From: Tubulanus polymorphus
Taxonomy: Eukaryota; Animalia; Nemertea
NCBI RefSeq assembly: GCF_964204645.1
Contig: NC_134025.1
Span: 24,842,299 to 24,906,298, forward strand
Direction: 5' to 3'
Length of the DNA: 64,000 nt
Program-made: the position numbers and the translations under genes
The notes under the pieces: generated by a model
Databases searched by the model: none
Told to the model about the DNA's origin: nothing
The model's input: only the letters and a program-made list of their open reading frames with translations
Shown: piece by piece, positions 38,968 through 52,465 of the stretch
Layout: each line of letters begins with the position of its first letter
Numbering within the stretch: the first letter of the stretch is position 1

Positions 38968-41674
38968 TCAACCAGATGAATTGAGTGGACGACTAATTGT
39001 ATTATTCGTAGTCATAGCAGTCAGTTCCCACCTGAAGAGAAATTTCACACAATCATTTGTTTTTTATAAGTCTGATGTCGATTCATATTCAGTCAATGTC
39101 TCCATTTATTATAATGAAAAAATATTCTGACTGAAACATACTATGAAACGGTCAACAGCATCAAATATAATACCTTGTGGTACCATTTCATTCTAATTGT
39201 GCAATTTTCTAGATTTAATAAGTGATCTTTATCAAATAGCATCCATTCTGACAGAAGATATTAAAATATACCAGTACCTGATATCATGAGGTAAGTTGGA
39301 AGTATCTAGATTATGCTCTAAAACAACTAGCTGGCATAAAGTTTTGAGACTGGGGGCTGAAAGATAAACGAAGAACTATCAAGTGATTTGAATCATGAAT
39401 TGGATTGATAAAGACTTCCTAAGTTTCACTGTAAGAACTTACCCATATCTAAAACGTACAGATCCGAATGATCCATCAGATTAAATTCTGTACCTTCAGA
39501 CGAGTCAGTACATGGACTGAAAATAATTTTTTGTAAAAATAAGTTTCAGCCACGAAATTATGAGAATTAACTAAATTTTGAAAATGATATACATACCTCG
39601 TTCCACCAAACAGAAAGACTCTGTCCTTAATAACACAACAACACTGACGTCTACGAGGACAAGGGCCTTGTCCTTTTACTTTAACTAAGCTCCATTCACT
39701 GGTTTCTAAATAGATATACAAGACATAAATGTAAAAGTAAAGAGTATATATTCAGGTTTATTTATTCAATGAGTACGCCGTTGTATTTCGCGAAAAAAAT
39801 GTATTAAATCGATACAAATGAATCACACTAACCAGCATTATAGCGATAAAGATCATTGAAATGCAAATCATGCAAGCCGTTATAACCACCAAATATATAA
39901 ATCATTCCATTATGGACAACTGTAAAACAAAACCATAAGTGTGAATACGGATGAATGTACCATAATAAACTCATCATTATTTGAGTGCAAGTTTGGCAGC
40001 AATATTTTAAAAATTCAACTACTCACAGGCGGAATGACTTCTTCGACCGAAAGGAGCTTGTCCGGTCGTCTCCGGTTCGAACCAGTTTTGACTTAAAGAT
40101 CGAAACGCCTGTATCTTATTGCAGTAGACCTCATTGTTTGTATGCCACGGTCCGGCTCTATCGCTTCGTCCACCGAATATATACATAGTGTCACCGATTG
40201 CTGAACCAGATTGAAAATCTCGCCATTGCGCTGGGGATCCCTGTAATGAAAGAGCCTTCATCATCCATCTTGGTAATTGAACTACAGTAAAATATGTTTT
40301 TCATGAGAATTACAGTGATTCCTTTATAATTTTACTGTTGGGATCAGTGAAAACTATAACAAACTTGTCATAAAGAATGGTATTTTCATTGAAGTCTAAT
40401 TAGATTGAGCAAATTAGTTGATCAAATTCCCTAACAGAAAATCGATTTTTGCCTTTGGACTTTCGATTGCAGTCAAATGAACTAAGGTACCACAAAAACT
40501 CAACACTTATGTCAATATCCATGCAACAGCTCCGTATTCAAGTACAAGAAATAATGTCTAAATACATCAAAATTTTAGTAATATGTCAATAGAACTTACC
40601 GCAGAGTGTAGGTTCATCCAAGTTTTTGTGGCAAAATCAAATGAATGTACTTCGTTGGAAAAACGATCAAGCTGAAAAAAATGACAAACTACGAATAAAC
40701 AAATCAACTGATATCCATCTCAGAATGTTTGGCCTATTGCATGTACATTCATACTTACCCATTCTTCATAGCCTCCAAATATGTACATTTTATGATTAAG
40801 AATGCACGCAGAATGGCCGTCCCTAGCACCAGGTATAGTGCCGGACACTGAAACTTTACTCCACTTTAAAGCAACTGCAAATGAGTAATTCATTGAACAA
40901 AACAACCAAAATCGTGACTGGAAGTGTTACATGAAATGACTGGATATAGCGACACCTAACGAAATTTTCGAGGGGACGTTCACAATTTTTTTTTGTTCTG
41001 ATACACACAATTTTTTCAACTTATATCACATTTGGGTCAACATGGTAAAAATGAGGCAATGTCGTACGCTACTGTTTTATCGCTTACCTGTATCAAAACA
41101 ATAAAGGATATTACAAGCACCCTGGCTGTCATTTCTACCACCCCAAACGTATGCGCATTCTTTGTATGCAACAGCAGTATGGCCATATCTCTGGTACGGT
41201 ACATCTGAATAGTGGGGATCTTTTCTGTTTGGTATCGGTAAACTTTTCCAACGATACGAAACTGGAATGAGAGTAAAACCTTATTAATCTACATTTTCAT
41301 CTGGCTTACACTGACACAGCCCTGAAAATGAATTTCCCAAATATCCGAACTCTCAAATTGGAAATTAAAAAACCTATCCGGAAAGTCGAGAAAAGCGGCA
41401 ACTCTGAGCTGATAATCTGTTCCAAATGAGCCGACTTAATTGGGTGTTTCAACAATAGGCCTATAATGTTAGCTTCTTTTGTCAATCAATCTACAATATC
41501 CAAATCAGATCAAAACAAACCAGAGTCTAAAATATGGATGTCCATCGGTCGGGTTTTTTCATAATCTTCTCCAGTGCAATAACCTCCGAATGAATATATT
41601 TTTTCTTCGATAGCAACAGCCGCATGATTGACCCTTCGCGGGCCACCTTCTAGATGCACTGTCCAGACAAACAT
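38968..41674 (-). CDS. KLHDC3: Kelch domain-containing protein 3 (CRL2 substrate receptor)
   Basis: Starts MFVWTVHLEGGPRRVNHAAV...YSFGGYCTGEDY. Kelch repeats (GARDGHSAC, WRDFQSG, GRRSHSA, PRRRQCC) and C-terminal BC/Cul2 box PSLKTLCQLVV...LPHDIRWELTAMTTNNTISRPLNSSG*. About 10 coding exons. Confidence 0.96.
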
Positions 41675-41892
41675 TTTACTCTAGGCTACTAGAATACGGT
41701 GAAATTTACTACTGCCTGCAATAGAAATAAAGTATGCGTATATGAGTGATATAGTTCAGACAGGTTCAGGTACAGGTTCTCTATGCTACGTCTGATGCCA
41801 AACTGCCATGATTATTCCTGTTTCTTGCAGTAAAACCACAGACTTTTGTCCACAATCGAAGCTATTTTATCTAATAAACTAAATAAATACGA

Positions 41893-42317
41893 AGTGGATA
41901 TTTAACCGTACACGGCAAAGTATTTACTTATATTTTACCGTACATTCAATAAAATCATTATATTGGGTTTAGGGTTAGGGTTTCGATAGGGTTAGTGTCG
42001 AGAGGGTGAGAAGAGGGTCCAGAGGGTTCCATTTCACCCCTAGGGATAGGATTAGGGTAAGGCGAGGTACTATAGATAGTTAAAACATGCTGGTGGTTTT
42101 CAGCGAGCTCGGTGGTCTAGTGGTATGACCCTGACCTTTACTGGCCCGGGTTCGAGTCTCGCTCAATCCGCTATATTTTCTCTAACTCTGTTCTCCACAC
42201 TTTCCTTGAATTTTCAAAGTCGCGCACCTCTGTGTGCATGCGTGGCGCAAACCAGCCAATCAGTGACGATGTACTAAAAAAGCAAAATACTTAGCCGTAT
42301 ATGGTAAAATATCCACT
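41893..42317. mobile_element. ~425-bp TIR-bounded element containing telomere-like repeats and a tRNA-like Pol III promoter
   Basis: 33-bp imperfect inverted repeats at 41893-41925 and 42285-42317 (4 mismatches). Internal GGGTTTAGGGTTAGGGTTT...TAGGGTTAG...TAGGGATAGGATTAGGGTAAGG, A box 42113-42123 and B box 42149-42158. No TSD found. Confidence 0.65.
42105..42170 (+). pseudogene. tRNA-derived (tRNA-Pro-like head) sequence lacking a complete anticodon arm
   Basis: GCTCGGTGGTCTAGTGGTATGA...CCGGGTTCGAGTCTCGC has A and B boxes, but no proper anticodon or acceptor stem can be folded. Confidence 0.55.
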
Positions 42318-45300
42318 GTGCGATAAATAATTAAATTGCCTTGCCTTGGGCTTGAAATCGTCAACTCAACAGACAATTATTCAAATTTAGCGACACTCAT
42401 GAAATTCCAATTTCAGAGTTTTCAATGTTCAGGCATTTAAATATCAGAAAAAAGCAAGAATGGGCACAAAATTCTAAATCAGTGAAATATCAATATTTTG
42501 TTTACATCTTTTTGGAAGTTGGACTGCTGGCACGCTGAATTGAAATTGAATTGATGGAAGTCAAGACGAATTGACATCGCACTCAAACCCGAAACATTGG
42601 TTCCTACTCTTTCTAGACGCCAAAATCTCTACTGTTTTACTATATCCGTAAACATATTACTTCATATTCCAAATATAAACCATAAAATCAAACCTTTTCT
42701 CCGTTTCTTCATGATAGTGGGAACATTTTTGACAGCTCGGGTGTCAGCACTGGTCTTACACTCATATGCCAAAGGCTGTTTGCTAGTCAATCAGGTTCGA
42801 GTCCCAATAATTGTTACTGATCACCGTCAAAGAAGTGTTAGATTTTGCTTTACTTCGTTTGGATCTTAGGACCCTAAGACTAATCCGATTGGATTACTGA
42901 CGATGGGACGGCCTTTTGAAGTTTTGCCGGCCACTGTAAGCAGCCAACAGGACTTGAACTCACTTGTCACTCAGCACTGGTAAATGCAAATGGGTACTAA
43001 TTATAATTGCATATGTGTTATGTCCTTGGATATTCATATATTAATTTTCATGTAATTTCATTTTTCCATATTTGTCATCCTCTCCTATATCAGCTTCGAT
43101 GAACTTTTTTATCAGGAGAAAAATTAAAGTCTTAAGACATTTTTAAGGATACAAGGTAAATTTATTTCACTTTTACTTCATTTTCCCTATAGGATCATCA
43201 TTGTATATCATTTTCAATTTTTAGCACACAAATATATATTTGCTTACATTGTTAACCTCAATGGCAAAATCTATCATTACACTAAATTCGAAGAATTGAA
43301 ATCAACTATCTATAATATATTCACATTCAAGCCAATGATTCATAGCCCGCATCAAGCAAGAAAATATATATACCAAAACTCGTCACAAGCATGGACCAGT
43401 TGGCACACATGATAAAATGCTTTTTATACCTCACTGTCACAAGCAATCAATTGATGTCTAAAATTGTATAGTAGTTTATACATGCACCCAAACTAATGTT
43501 ATCCAGTAGTTCCCTGAGTACACACATCTCCATTCATTTTATATTTCAGTGTACGATAAAAAAGGCTCTCCGTGATTTCAAAGACGCAAAATTATAAAAC
43601 GTTCTCTTTTATTTGTTGAACCGTCAAAATAGCAAGCGTAGATGTACCTGGAAGTACGGTTTACATTAATCAATTTCTTTGAATTATTCACATCATCCAT
43701 GGCCATTTTATACTTATAAGGGTGAATCTATAATCGAATTAGAAATCATATCAATCTGTTGCAGAAAATAGATGAATAAGCTTTCCTCACTCTGTAACAG
43801 TCAACTGGGAAAACCTCTTAATTCTATGAATTTCACAAAGATATTTTTGGAAAGACATTCACCTTTCTTCTGTTAACTATGTGTAGGATGTTAATTTCAG
43901 CCAATCATTCAATTTAAAGTCATTTGGAACTAACTACCACACACTTGGCATTTTCGTGAGTTTTTAAAATAACACCTCGGTACCGTCGGTCTGTAGGCAC
44001 ATGAATACACCTGGCTAGCTATTTCAGGGCTGTTCAAGATTGGTGTTCATTCACAGAATGCAGCAGTGAAAACACTTCGCAACGTTGTGTATAAACAACG
44101 GTGTATCTTTTGGTGTGCCTCAGTTCATTATTCCAAGACTGAAATGTGCGAATACTTTTGTTCCTAAAAAATATCTGAACATTGCTTTCGTGCAAAAGTA
44201 AGATTCCTACCAAGACGACATATATTCACCCTTTAATTTCCCTTATGAATGAGGGAAGCACCAAACATTGCATTGAAAGTGGCTTTTACAATTTTCAACA
44301 TACAATAATTATATACCAGTAATTACAATAAAGTTATATTTAATGATGACAAACTGGCCGTAAATAATGCATTATAACACCAAATGCAATAGAATTAACA
44401 CTAACTAATGATGATCTTTAGTAAAGCTTAACAGAGAATAGAATTAAACTTTCTATCAATGCAGAGAAAACATATACATGTACACTTTATATCAATTCAG
44501 TTGTTAAAATTTGCGTTGCAATGGTGCACGAAAAAAAATCATCAATTGATTATCAATGGAAAAATGGCATCATTGATTACATGTGGTGTACATATGTATC
44601 AAAATCAAAGGAATTGATCAGAACCATCCAAGGTCTTTCCAAAATGGATTCCCAATATTTCAGTGGGAATTTTTAAAAGATTCATTTAGAAATCTGACTT
44701 TGACCTATCCATAATTCGAATGAAAGAATTAAGTTCTTAGTCATTTTTTTGTGTATTTGTTGAATCCTCATGCAATGAAGAGTGCTTGATCCAGAGTAGC
44801 TCTTAATATAACATATCATTTCAAGTGCTAATACAAATAATGGTTTTTCGATGAAAAGGTTTTCCATGCAAAGTATATGAAATACCGTGTCATAAACTAA
44901 AGTAAATAAATTTCAACCTACCGGTATTCAAAAGAGACTGCATGACAAAATAACTTAATTTTCTTTTACAATAATAAATGCTATCAAAATAGGTTAAAGT
45001 GAACAAAAATGACAACAATTTTTTTCACAAAGTCCACAATATGCACGCACCTGTATCACAGATAGAGTACTTTTTTTTATTATGTAGAAAAAATTCAACA
45101 CTTTTGGGGATTTCTAGAATAGATAATAATACAAGTGATGTAATTATTTGGTTATCGACGATAACCTTGATTATGTAGCTGAGGTCATAGGATGATAATG
45201 ATAGACAAAGCTTCCAACATTTAATAACTACTCTTTCTCATTAAATTCAATTGATATGAATATCTGATGTACGTTATTGTTAGTAATTACATTACAGAAT

Positions 45301-48300
45301 TGCCACAAGAATTGATGACATATCAAAAACAAGTTTAGGAATCTGACTGTTTACGAATCTTAGTAATCAAACCAAAAGCAAGACAAAGTTTTTACAACAT
45401 GCCATAATGAGGCAAATATATCATCAGTATTTACTGATAAAATCATGTACATATTTTACAAGGTGCAACCACAAAACTGAACGCCATAATTTTATATGTT
45501 TCTACTTTCAAAGACGCTCTCCTATCTTGACATCACAACATCACGACCACTGCACATAAGCCCTGTTTGACATTTTGATGGCAAAAATGACCAGCTCAGT
45601 GGGAGCCGATATTGGCATTATCAATATTTCCCATGACCAAGTCAATCGAAAAACCTCTGTGAGTTGATGTACTTGAAGGCTTCATGCGTCGTCAATTAAT
45701 TTGGTTTTAAAAATGTGTGCACTCCCTAAAGAATGCACCAGATGCATCGTACTGGTACATACTTTTTCTCCAGCAATTTTCATACACAAAAATACAAATA
45801 TTTTTCAGTTTGTATACTCTTTCTTTAGTCTGCATAATATGATATACACCCTTTGTGAATGGACAAGCAATGACTCATACACACCTTCACGGTACTGTGT
45901 GATAAACTAATTATCGCTTGCACGACAAAAATACCATCATATCTCTAGTAAGACATCTAAAACATAAGTAACAGTTACAAACTTTTAATGTAACACGTAG
46001 TAGACAAAAGAATTGTAAATAATTAATCCTAAGAAAAAACTATCAGTAGCCAAGACACAACTACACACAGACTAAAGCCACATGTAAGTGGTTTATCGTT
46101 CAACACATCGATAATTCTACGTATGAAAAGACATTAAATGAATTTTTGATTGGACTGGTTGATAGCGACTTGTAGCACTCAGCAGGGTTAAAAACACCCA
46201 TGGTTTTTATTTATACAGATCAGGCTGAACAACACGACCTCGGGTACAGAACCATTAGTCTTTAGTGGAAAACATTAATGAAAAGCATGAAATTTGATCA
46301 TTCGTGACAAAATAATTTCTCTCCCTGCAGAGTTATCTTGAACAACATATAGTTTTAAAGTAATAAAGCCACCATTCTCTAAACTGAATACCAGATCTAA
46401 TTTCATATTTCATATATCAAAGAGAAGTCCTTCGGGCTCGTACAAAGCACGGGGGCGCAACCATTCCAGTTCCTTTGATTGCCAGAAATAGCTCAAAAAG
46501 CATTACTAAGCAATGATTTTCAAAATTTGCATGTTTTCCCAACAATCATCGACCCATTTCAAACTACAACCTCACCCCTCCTAAGTTAGCCCACACAACA
46601 GAGCGCTGTCATCCAATAATCTATAGGCGTTTATGCTCTCATTGATGTGATAATTATTTCTGGATCGCAGATAAGTCTTGATAATAAGATCTAATTGCTA
46701 CATTAACAAAGTGATAAAAGCTACTGCTATCTGGGTGGCTGAATGAGGTTATTTCGGAGACATCGGTGGCCAATTTCTAATATAGCACAACGCTCTAGCG
46801 ATTGTATGAATTCCAATTATTACTCATTAATGACAATTCCAGCAACTAAAATACAAAACGCGCTTAGTACACATCGGAGCGATTAATCTAGATATGATAA
46901 TCTATTCTTGATAACGTTTTCGCGAGTTGATTGACCACAAATACCATTACAGATGATCAACGAACGATGTAATAATCATTTAGAACATTACACAAGCTAG
47001 ATATGAATTATGGAAGTATTTAATTGGGAAGGTTTTATTGGTTTATCCCCTAGAGATGATCTCTAAAGCGTATACATCGCCCTTTGAGTGAATAATATTC
47101 ATTTCTTTAGTCCATATTTGCTATATTGTCATGAGTCAAATGGGCGGCTTTGTCTGGTTTCCATGACAACGCTGCAATTTTGCAAATTACCGTTAAGCAG
47201 CGCGCGATAGTGAATCATTTCAAGGAACACTCCCTATCGCCATGGAAACCTATGCCGGGTTGAGAGTTGTGATTACAAATCAATCTTTACAGGGATTAAC
47301 CGTACAATTTCAGCAACACATGAATCTGAACGAACTTTCCGTTTTTATCAACGACTGACACTCCCATGATGGGGCATAGATCGATAAAATAAAACACAAC
47401 ACAACATTGTATAAGAACAATCCCCATCAGCTATTATTCATTATGCATTACACAATTTCATCACGCCATCCCTAGGTATAGGTTTTTTCAACAGTATTTT
47501 ATCAATGAATACTTTGCCCGGCACGATCACTTATATATATACATACATATATACGTACTAAAATACATTTGCCAATGTGTGCAAAATAATGAAATAAGAC
47601 CAACCAGAAAGTGCTGAAAATATTCATGGCAAGTTTCATCATTTTGGAACTACTGATATCTTGAAATTCTCACCAACGCCAAATAAAGGTATTCAAAAGT
47701 GTCTACCAATCTTTAAACGAATGTACATTAAATCTTCTAACTCTAATAAGATTTTATAGCAATTCAAGTAAATTGAAAAGGATTCATGAACGTCATCTAA
47801 ACAATGGTTTGAAACGTCTTTGTGGATTCGATAAATTCATGATTAGGTTTCCTTCTTAAGATGTCCCTATTCCACAGTGAATATCTACGTACACATCATA
47901 GTCGAGATGAAACTTACACGAGGACTTTTAATAAGTAGAAGGTACTAGCATCATTATGCGTAACAATGATTATCAAGCTAATAAACAGATATACCGGTAT
48001 GTAATATGTTAATAGGCCTGCCTGCTACAAGGGACACATTAAATAAGGGAAAGTCAACGGACTCATTTGAGGTAGTTTCGAAGCAACATTCATGACCACG
48101 GATGGATAAGGAAATAAGTGCACGATGTGCAGCATTTCTAAAACAGTATTTAACATGTGTGGGCGATTCTGTGAACTGCAAGTTGCTGCTGTGTGGCAAT
48201 CAATAAAACCCAGTCACAAGACAACGAATAGACTTGCCATAAAAAAGCCAGCATTGGCGTAGTATTGCACCATCAGTCTGAGGCGCTCCTTTCACGGTGG

Positions 48301-48854
48301 CAACATCGAGATGCGTTACTTAAGAGAGAATGACACGAAAAACCACATTCGTAGCTTTGTATCACAAGTGCTTTGTAATCGAAATAAACCGACTTTTAAA
48401 AATTCATGATATTTGAACGAATTAACATACAAAGAAGGGAGAACATGCCAAAGAAGATTATTTCATTTGTCATATCAATGATTAAAACTGAAAATTCAAA
48501 CTTACTAAGTGAGGTGTCTAGTTTTCAAAAATTTGGTTAGGATTTTTCTTACACCGGTTGAATATATCATAAACAACAATGCACATACAATACTTGTAAG
48601 ACGCAATGCTACAAAATGAGATATTTTTGGCTCGACTACTAACTGTACTACCGGTAGATTGCGCAACTATACAACGGTAAAATTATACACAATTCCAGGG
48701 AATTTTTTATGCGACGTGTCATCTGAATTTAAGAGAAAATTTCACAAATGCAATTGCTGAACGATAGATCAATACAAATCTAAGAAAATAAATTCCGAAC
48801 AATCCTACTTAAAGCCATACATACCATATACTCTATACAATAAACTACACGTGG

Positions 48855-50264
48855 TTATGAATGAACCTCGAATCGGCGAACGCGAACCTTCTGCTTGTAA
48901 TGATAATATTTCAGGTATTCCTTCAACTTTTTCGGCAACGGCAGAAAATTAATGGCGTCGTACGTTATATGCGTGCCGATCACCGCGCGACACAGGTGCT
49001 GCAGCGGAAACGGGAAAGTCCGGTTCATCGGAAGCGTGAGCATCGGCTCGAAGAACATACAACAGCTCGGGTCCTTGTAATGTTCGATCAATTCGCACAC
49101 GGTGTCCGACGAGAACACGCCGGGATCGTGCGAGTCGAAACTGAATTTATGATTCCACTGTTCGATGCGCGCATGCAACGACCGCGCGTAACGCCGAAAA
49201 CTCACCGAGAACAGGAACTCCTCCTGCGCACTGTCACGCAATAAAAACGTGCCCTCCGGTTTGTTTTCGAGCAGTTTTTCGGCTTCGTACCGATCCATGA
49301 CTCCCCAGTAGAAACTACAACTACTGATATTCTGTAGATCGGGCACCAGGCAGTGTATATAGTCTACTTGGGTGTGAACGGTATGCGGAATATAGGTGCC
49401 TTGCGGGGTTAAACTGCCGTACTCGCTAATCTGAGATTCGCTGCTGTAAGCCGCCCCGTGTAAAGGGCTACCATTGTTCGGATATGTAGTTGTCATGACG
49501 CACTGTCTCTGAAACGCCGAGCCGAGACTAGAATCGTGCGCGCCGGCTAGAGCGCTATGATACGGGATATTCGGCGGTATTTCGACGCCGTTTTCTAAAT
49601 CTCGGGCGCGAACGGCGCATAAATGATCGGATGAATCATCCGCGGGGCAATTCGCGATTTCTAACAGTCTACTCGTCGAGGCTTTAGATTTTGATTTTGA
49701 TTTTTTCATTTTGCTCGCTTTCTTGAGTTTAACCTTCGGGGTGTGAACCGGCGATTCTTCGTCCGAGGAACGAGATTCGAGCGCGTCGGACGACGTGGCT
49801 GTGAATAAAATACCGGAGCCCGGAAAATGTTCATCTACTTTTTTAATGCCCATACATGTCGATACGCAGCCGGCGTCCAAACTCAACTGAGAATCGGCGC
49901 TCGCTAAATCACACGGAGCGCTTTTCGAGCCGCTACTTCGCCGCAATCGATTGGTCCATCTTTTTCGAAATTTAAAAGAAAACCAGTATTTGCGCCCGCC
50001 GCTTCCGCTCGAAGAGTTCGACGACGATTTCTTTTCTTTAATTTCGCCGCGGTTTTTTTTACGCTTTTGAGACATCGTGAAACGATACATTTTTTTCGAC
50101 CTAGTCTCCGAAGCGATGGCGTTATCGTCGGAATTCGACGCCTCATCGCCGGCGGAACTTTCTTCGTCGATATCCGCGAACATTCTTCGCGATATTATCT
50201 GATCACGTAACGAATCGATGGAGCTTCCCGAATCGGGATCCTTTTCTGGTTTGTTCGTAGACAT
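48855..50264 (-). CDS. SOCS4/5: Suppressor of cytokine signaling 4/5 family protein (SH2 + SOCS box), 469 aa, single coding exon
   Basis: HTQVDYIHCLVPDL, FYWGVMDRYEAEKLLENKPEGTFLLRDSAQEEFLFSVSFRRY (SH2), and PFPLQHLCRAVI...LPLPKKLKEYLKYYHYKQKVRVR (SOCS box). Confidence 0.97.
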   Translation of the reverse strand: MSTNKPEKDPDSGSSIDSLRDQIISRRMFADIDEESSAGDEASNSDDNAIASETRSKKMYRFTMSQKRKKNRGEIKEKKSSSNSSSGSGGRKYWFSFKFRKRWTNRLRRSSGSKSAPCDLASADSQLSLDAGCVSTCMGIKKVDEHFPGSGILFTATSSDALESRSSDEESPVHTPKVKLKKASKMKKSKSKSKASTSRLLEIANCPADDSSDHLCAVRARDLENGVEIPPNIPYHSALAGAHDSSLGSAFQRQCVMTTTYPNNGSPLHGAAYSSESQISEYGSLTPQGTYIPHTVHTQVDYIHCLVPDLQNISSCSFYWGVMDRYEAEKLLENKPEGTFLLRDSAQEEFLFSVSFRRYARSLHARIEQWNHKFSFDSHDPGVFSSDTVCELIEHYKDPSCCMFFEPMLTLPMNRTFPFPLQHLCRAVIGTHITYDAINFLPLPKKLKEYLKYYHYKQKVRVRRFEVHS

Positions 50265-50908
50265 TTCTAAGCAATAGTAGTGCTAACCTATAATATAAAC
50301 AGAAAGTAAATAAACGGGAAAAGTTAAAACTGGCGCTGGATGAGACAAGTCCGGGCAGATCACTGCTGCATGACTCATCTGTTTACGCAACTCAGCACAC
50401 ACCAAATCTATACATGACACAAATGCACCACACGTACTCTAGGCCTACATTACACAATTTATTAGGCTATCTTCATAACACACTTTTTGAAGATATTCCA
50501 TCAAGCTAGAAAAATCGTTATCCAAAGAGATAAATACCGTTAAATCACTGTTCATTGCACATTACAGACACTTATTTCTCACGCTAAGCGAAATATGTCG
50601 CAATCTCTGGCGCGCCGAACTGTTACAAGCGCTAAATAAATACTACTCACGATATTTCTCCATGAACGACCGATCCCTGATTCATGAATGAAATGTTGAG
50701 TGCCGGATGTGACACGTGATGCGGTAACTAATCAACATTTTCATGAATTAAGAACGCTCAGAAAATACAGGCTAAAATAAAGAAAATTAATAAAACCGTT
50801 GTAAAATAATGGAAAGAATTGAAATCTTTGATTCATCGCGCGTTGGAGGATTTACCGAATTAGAAAATCTATTATCTATTTATTCATTTACTGCGGAGAT
50901 TTTTAGTT

Positions 50909-50916
50909 GCGGGAAA
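50909..50916 (+). promoter_or_regulatory. E2F-type site GCGGGAAA upstream of WDHD1
   Basis: Matches the reverse complement of TTTSSCGC about 60 bp before the ATG of a replication gene. A second E2F-like TGGCGCGCC lies near 50608. Motif match only. Confidence 0.45.
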
Positions 50917-50971
50917 TTTGGATGAGATTTTCGTTCGAATTCTGTCACTAAAACGATAAAAAAAAGATCAG

Positions 50972-52431
50972 ATGGCAGCGACGAAAAAGCCTCTTCGGTT
51001 TGCCCACAGCGAAGGCCACACAGATTTATGTTATAACGACCCGGGAAGGTTTGTAGTTTGATTTCAATGCTTTAATTGATCATAATTCAATGATTTTTCA
51101 AACCCGGAAGTGATTTCAAATAAAATTCAAATTAAATATTTATTCTGCAGGAAGTTTTAAAAATCCGTATGTATCCTATTTGAATGATCAGCCCTGAATA
51201 ATTGAATTTTTGAATCGTAAATTTCTTGCAGTCATATTTTTACTTGTGGCGCTGATGGAGATGTGCGAGTATGGGCTGGTATCGAAGACGATGATGCTGA
51301 ATCGTACAGAGTTGGTGATAAAGCTTTCGCCGTTGCGTTTAAAGTATGACGTTCCTCAACAACTGATGTTTTGCGAAAGAGAGGATGAAATCCAATTGAT
51401 AATCTCAATCTTTATTAGGCCTACTGAGTTTCTAATTTATTTACGTGAATTGTTGCCGTTTCAGGATAAACATTTTTATGCAGCTACTGAATCTAATGTC
51501 ATCCAAGCACATACATTCCCAGATGGAAATCCTGATGGCACCATAGCCAGATTTACTTCACCTGTTACGCAAATTTGCATAAATAAAGATGGAACAAAAC
51601 TGGTGGCTGGTGCAAGGTATGGGGCTGTGAATTAGTTGTTTTTTAAAAGGATGTTTTTTGTCGGTTACGATGAGATGAACTCAATACATTTCAATCAAAT
51701 TTTTCAGTGACTTCGCTATCAAATTGGTCTACATTGCAAACAAGGAATTCAAAACATTTGAAGGTCATGATGCACCCATTCTAAGCATAGCTTTGGATCC
51801 GAAAGAAGAATATTTGGTATGACAAATTTTCAATGAAAATTTACACTATTTATGGCAATGAATTGCACAACATCTCATTGAAATTCCATTTTGATTTTTA
51901 GGCATCTTCATCTTGTGATGGAACCGTAAAGGTTTGGAGACTGGCAGATCAATCTTGTTTGAAAACTATGCATCTTCTTCCTAAGTACAGTGATATTAGG
52001 TAAGTTATTATACTATAATAAGAAAGGAAAATGATAAAGGACTCCAATAATAGAGATTCACATGTAATGCCCTGGTATGTAGTAATGGCATTCAGTAAAA
52101 ATTCATTAAAAGATGGTCATCTTTTTTCAGCCTATCAAAGGGTCTTTGCAGAATGGACTGGGAACCCAAAAGTGGCAGGGTGTGTTTTTTATTTCGATTA
52201 GAAAAAAACTTCTTTTAAAAGAAAAAATACTATTTGCTGGTGGTATGTTATCATACATATTTTATTGCAGTACCTGGCTATTCCCACTGATAAAGAGATA
52301 CGACTTTACGAACGCGATACTTGGGATAATCTCAGGTTTTATGCCGATACATCAATTAAAACGGTAATCTTCAAAAATTGAAACTGAAAATTCGTTCACC
52401 TTCATTTGAGATTTCATTTGTATTTATTATG

Positions 52432-52465
<34 letters not shown>

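Noticed and set aside
41965-42062. Interstitial telomere or chromosome fusion site
   Set aside because: Only a few degenerate TTAGGG-like units in one orientation, enclosed in a small TIR element.
42734-42805. Possible tRNA (B box GGTTCGAGTCC)
   Set aside because: No cloverleaf can be folded; at most a degraded SINE or tRNA fragment.
48855-50264. SOCS gene as a retrocopy because its CDS has no introns
   Set aside because: SOCS4/5 coding regions are also single-exon in vertebrates, and the WDHD1 linkage argues for the ancestral locus.
24962-50264. Functional ubiquitin-ligase cluster (RING gene, KLHDC3, SOCS)
   Set aside because: The genes are interspersed with unrelated ones and use different cullin systems; chance adjacency is sufficient.
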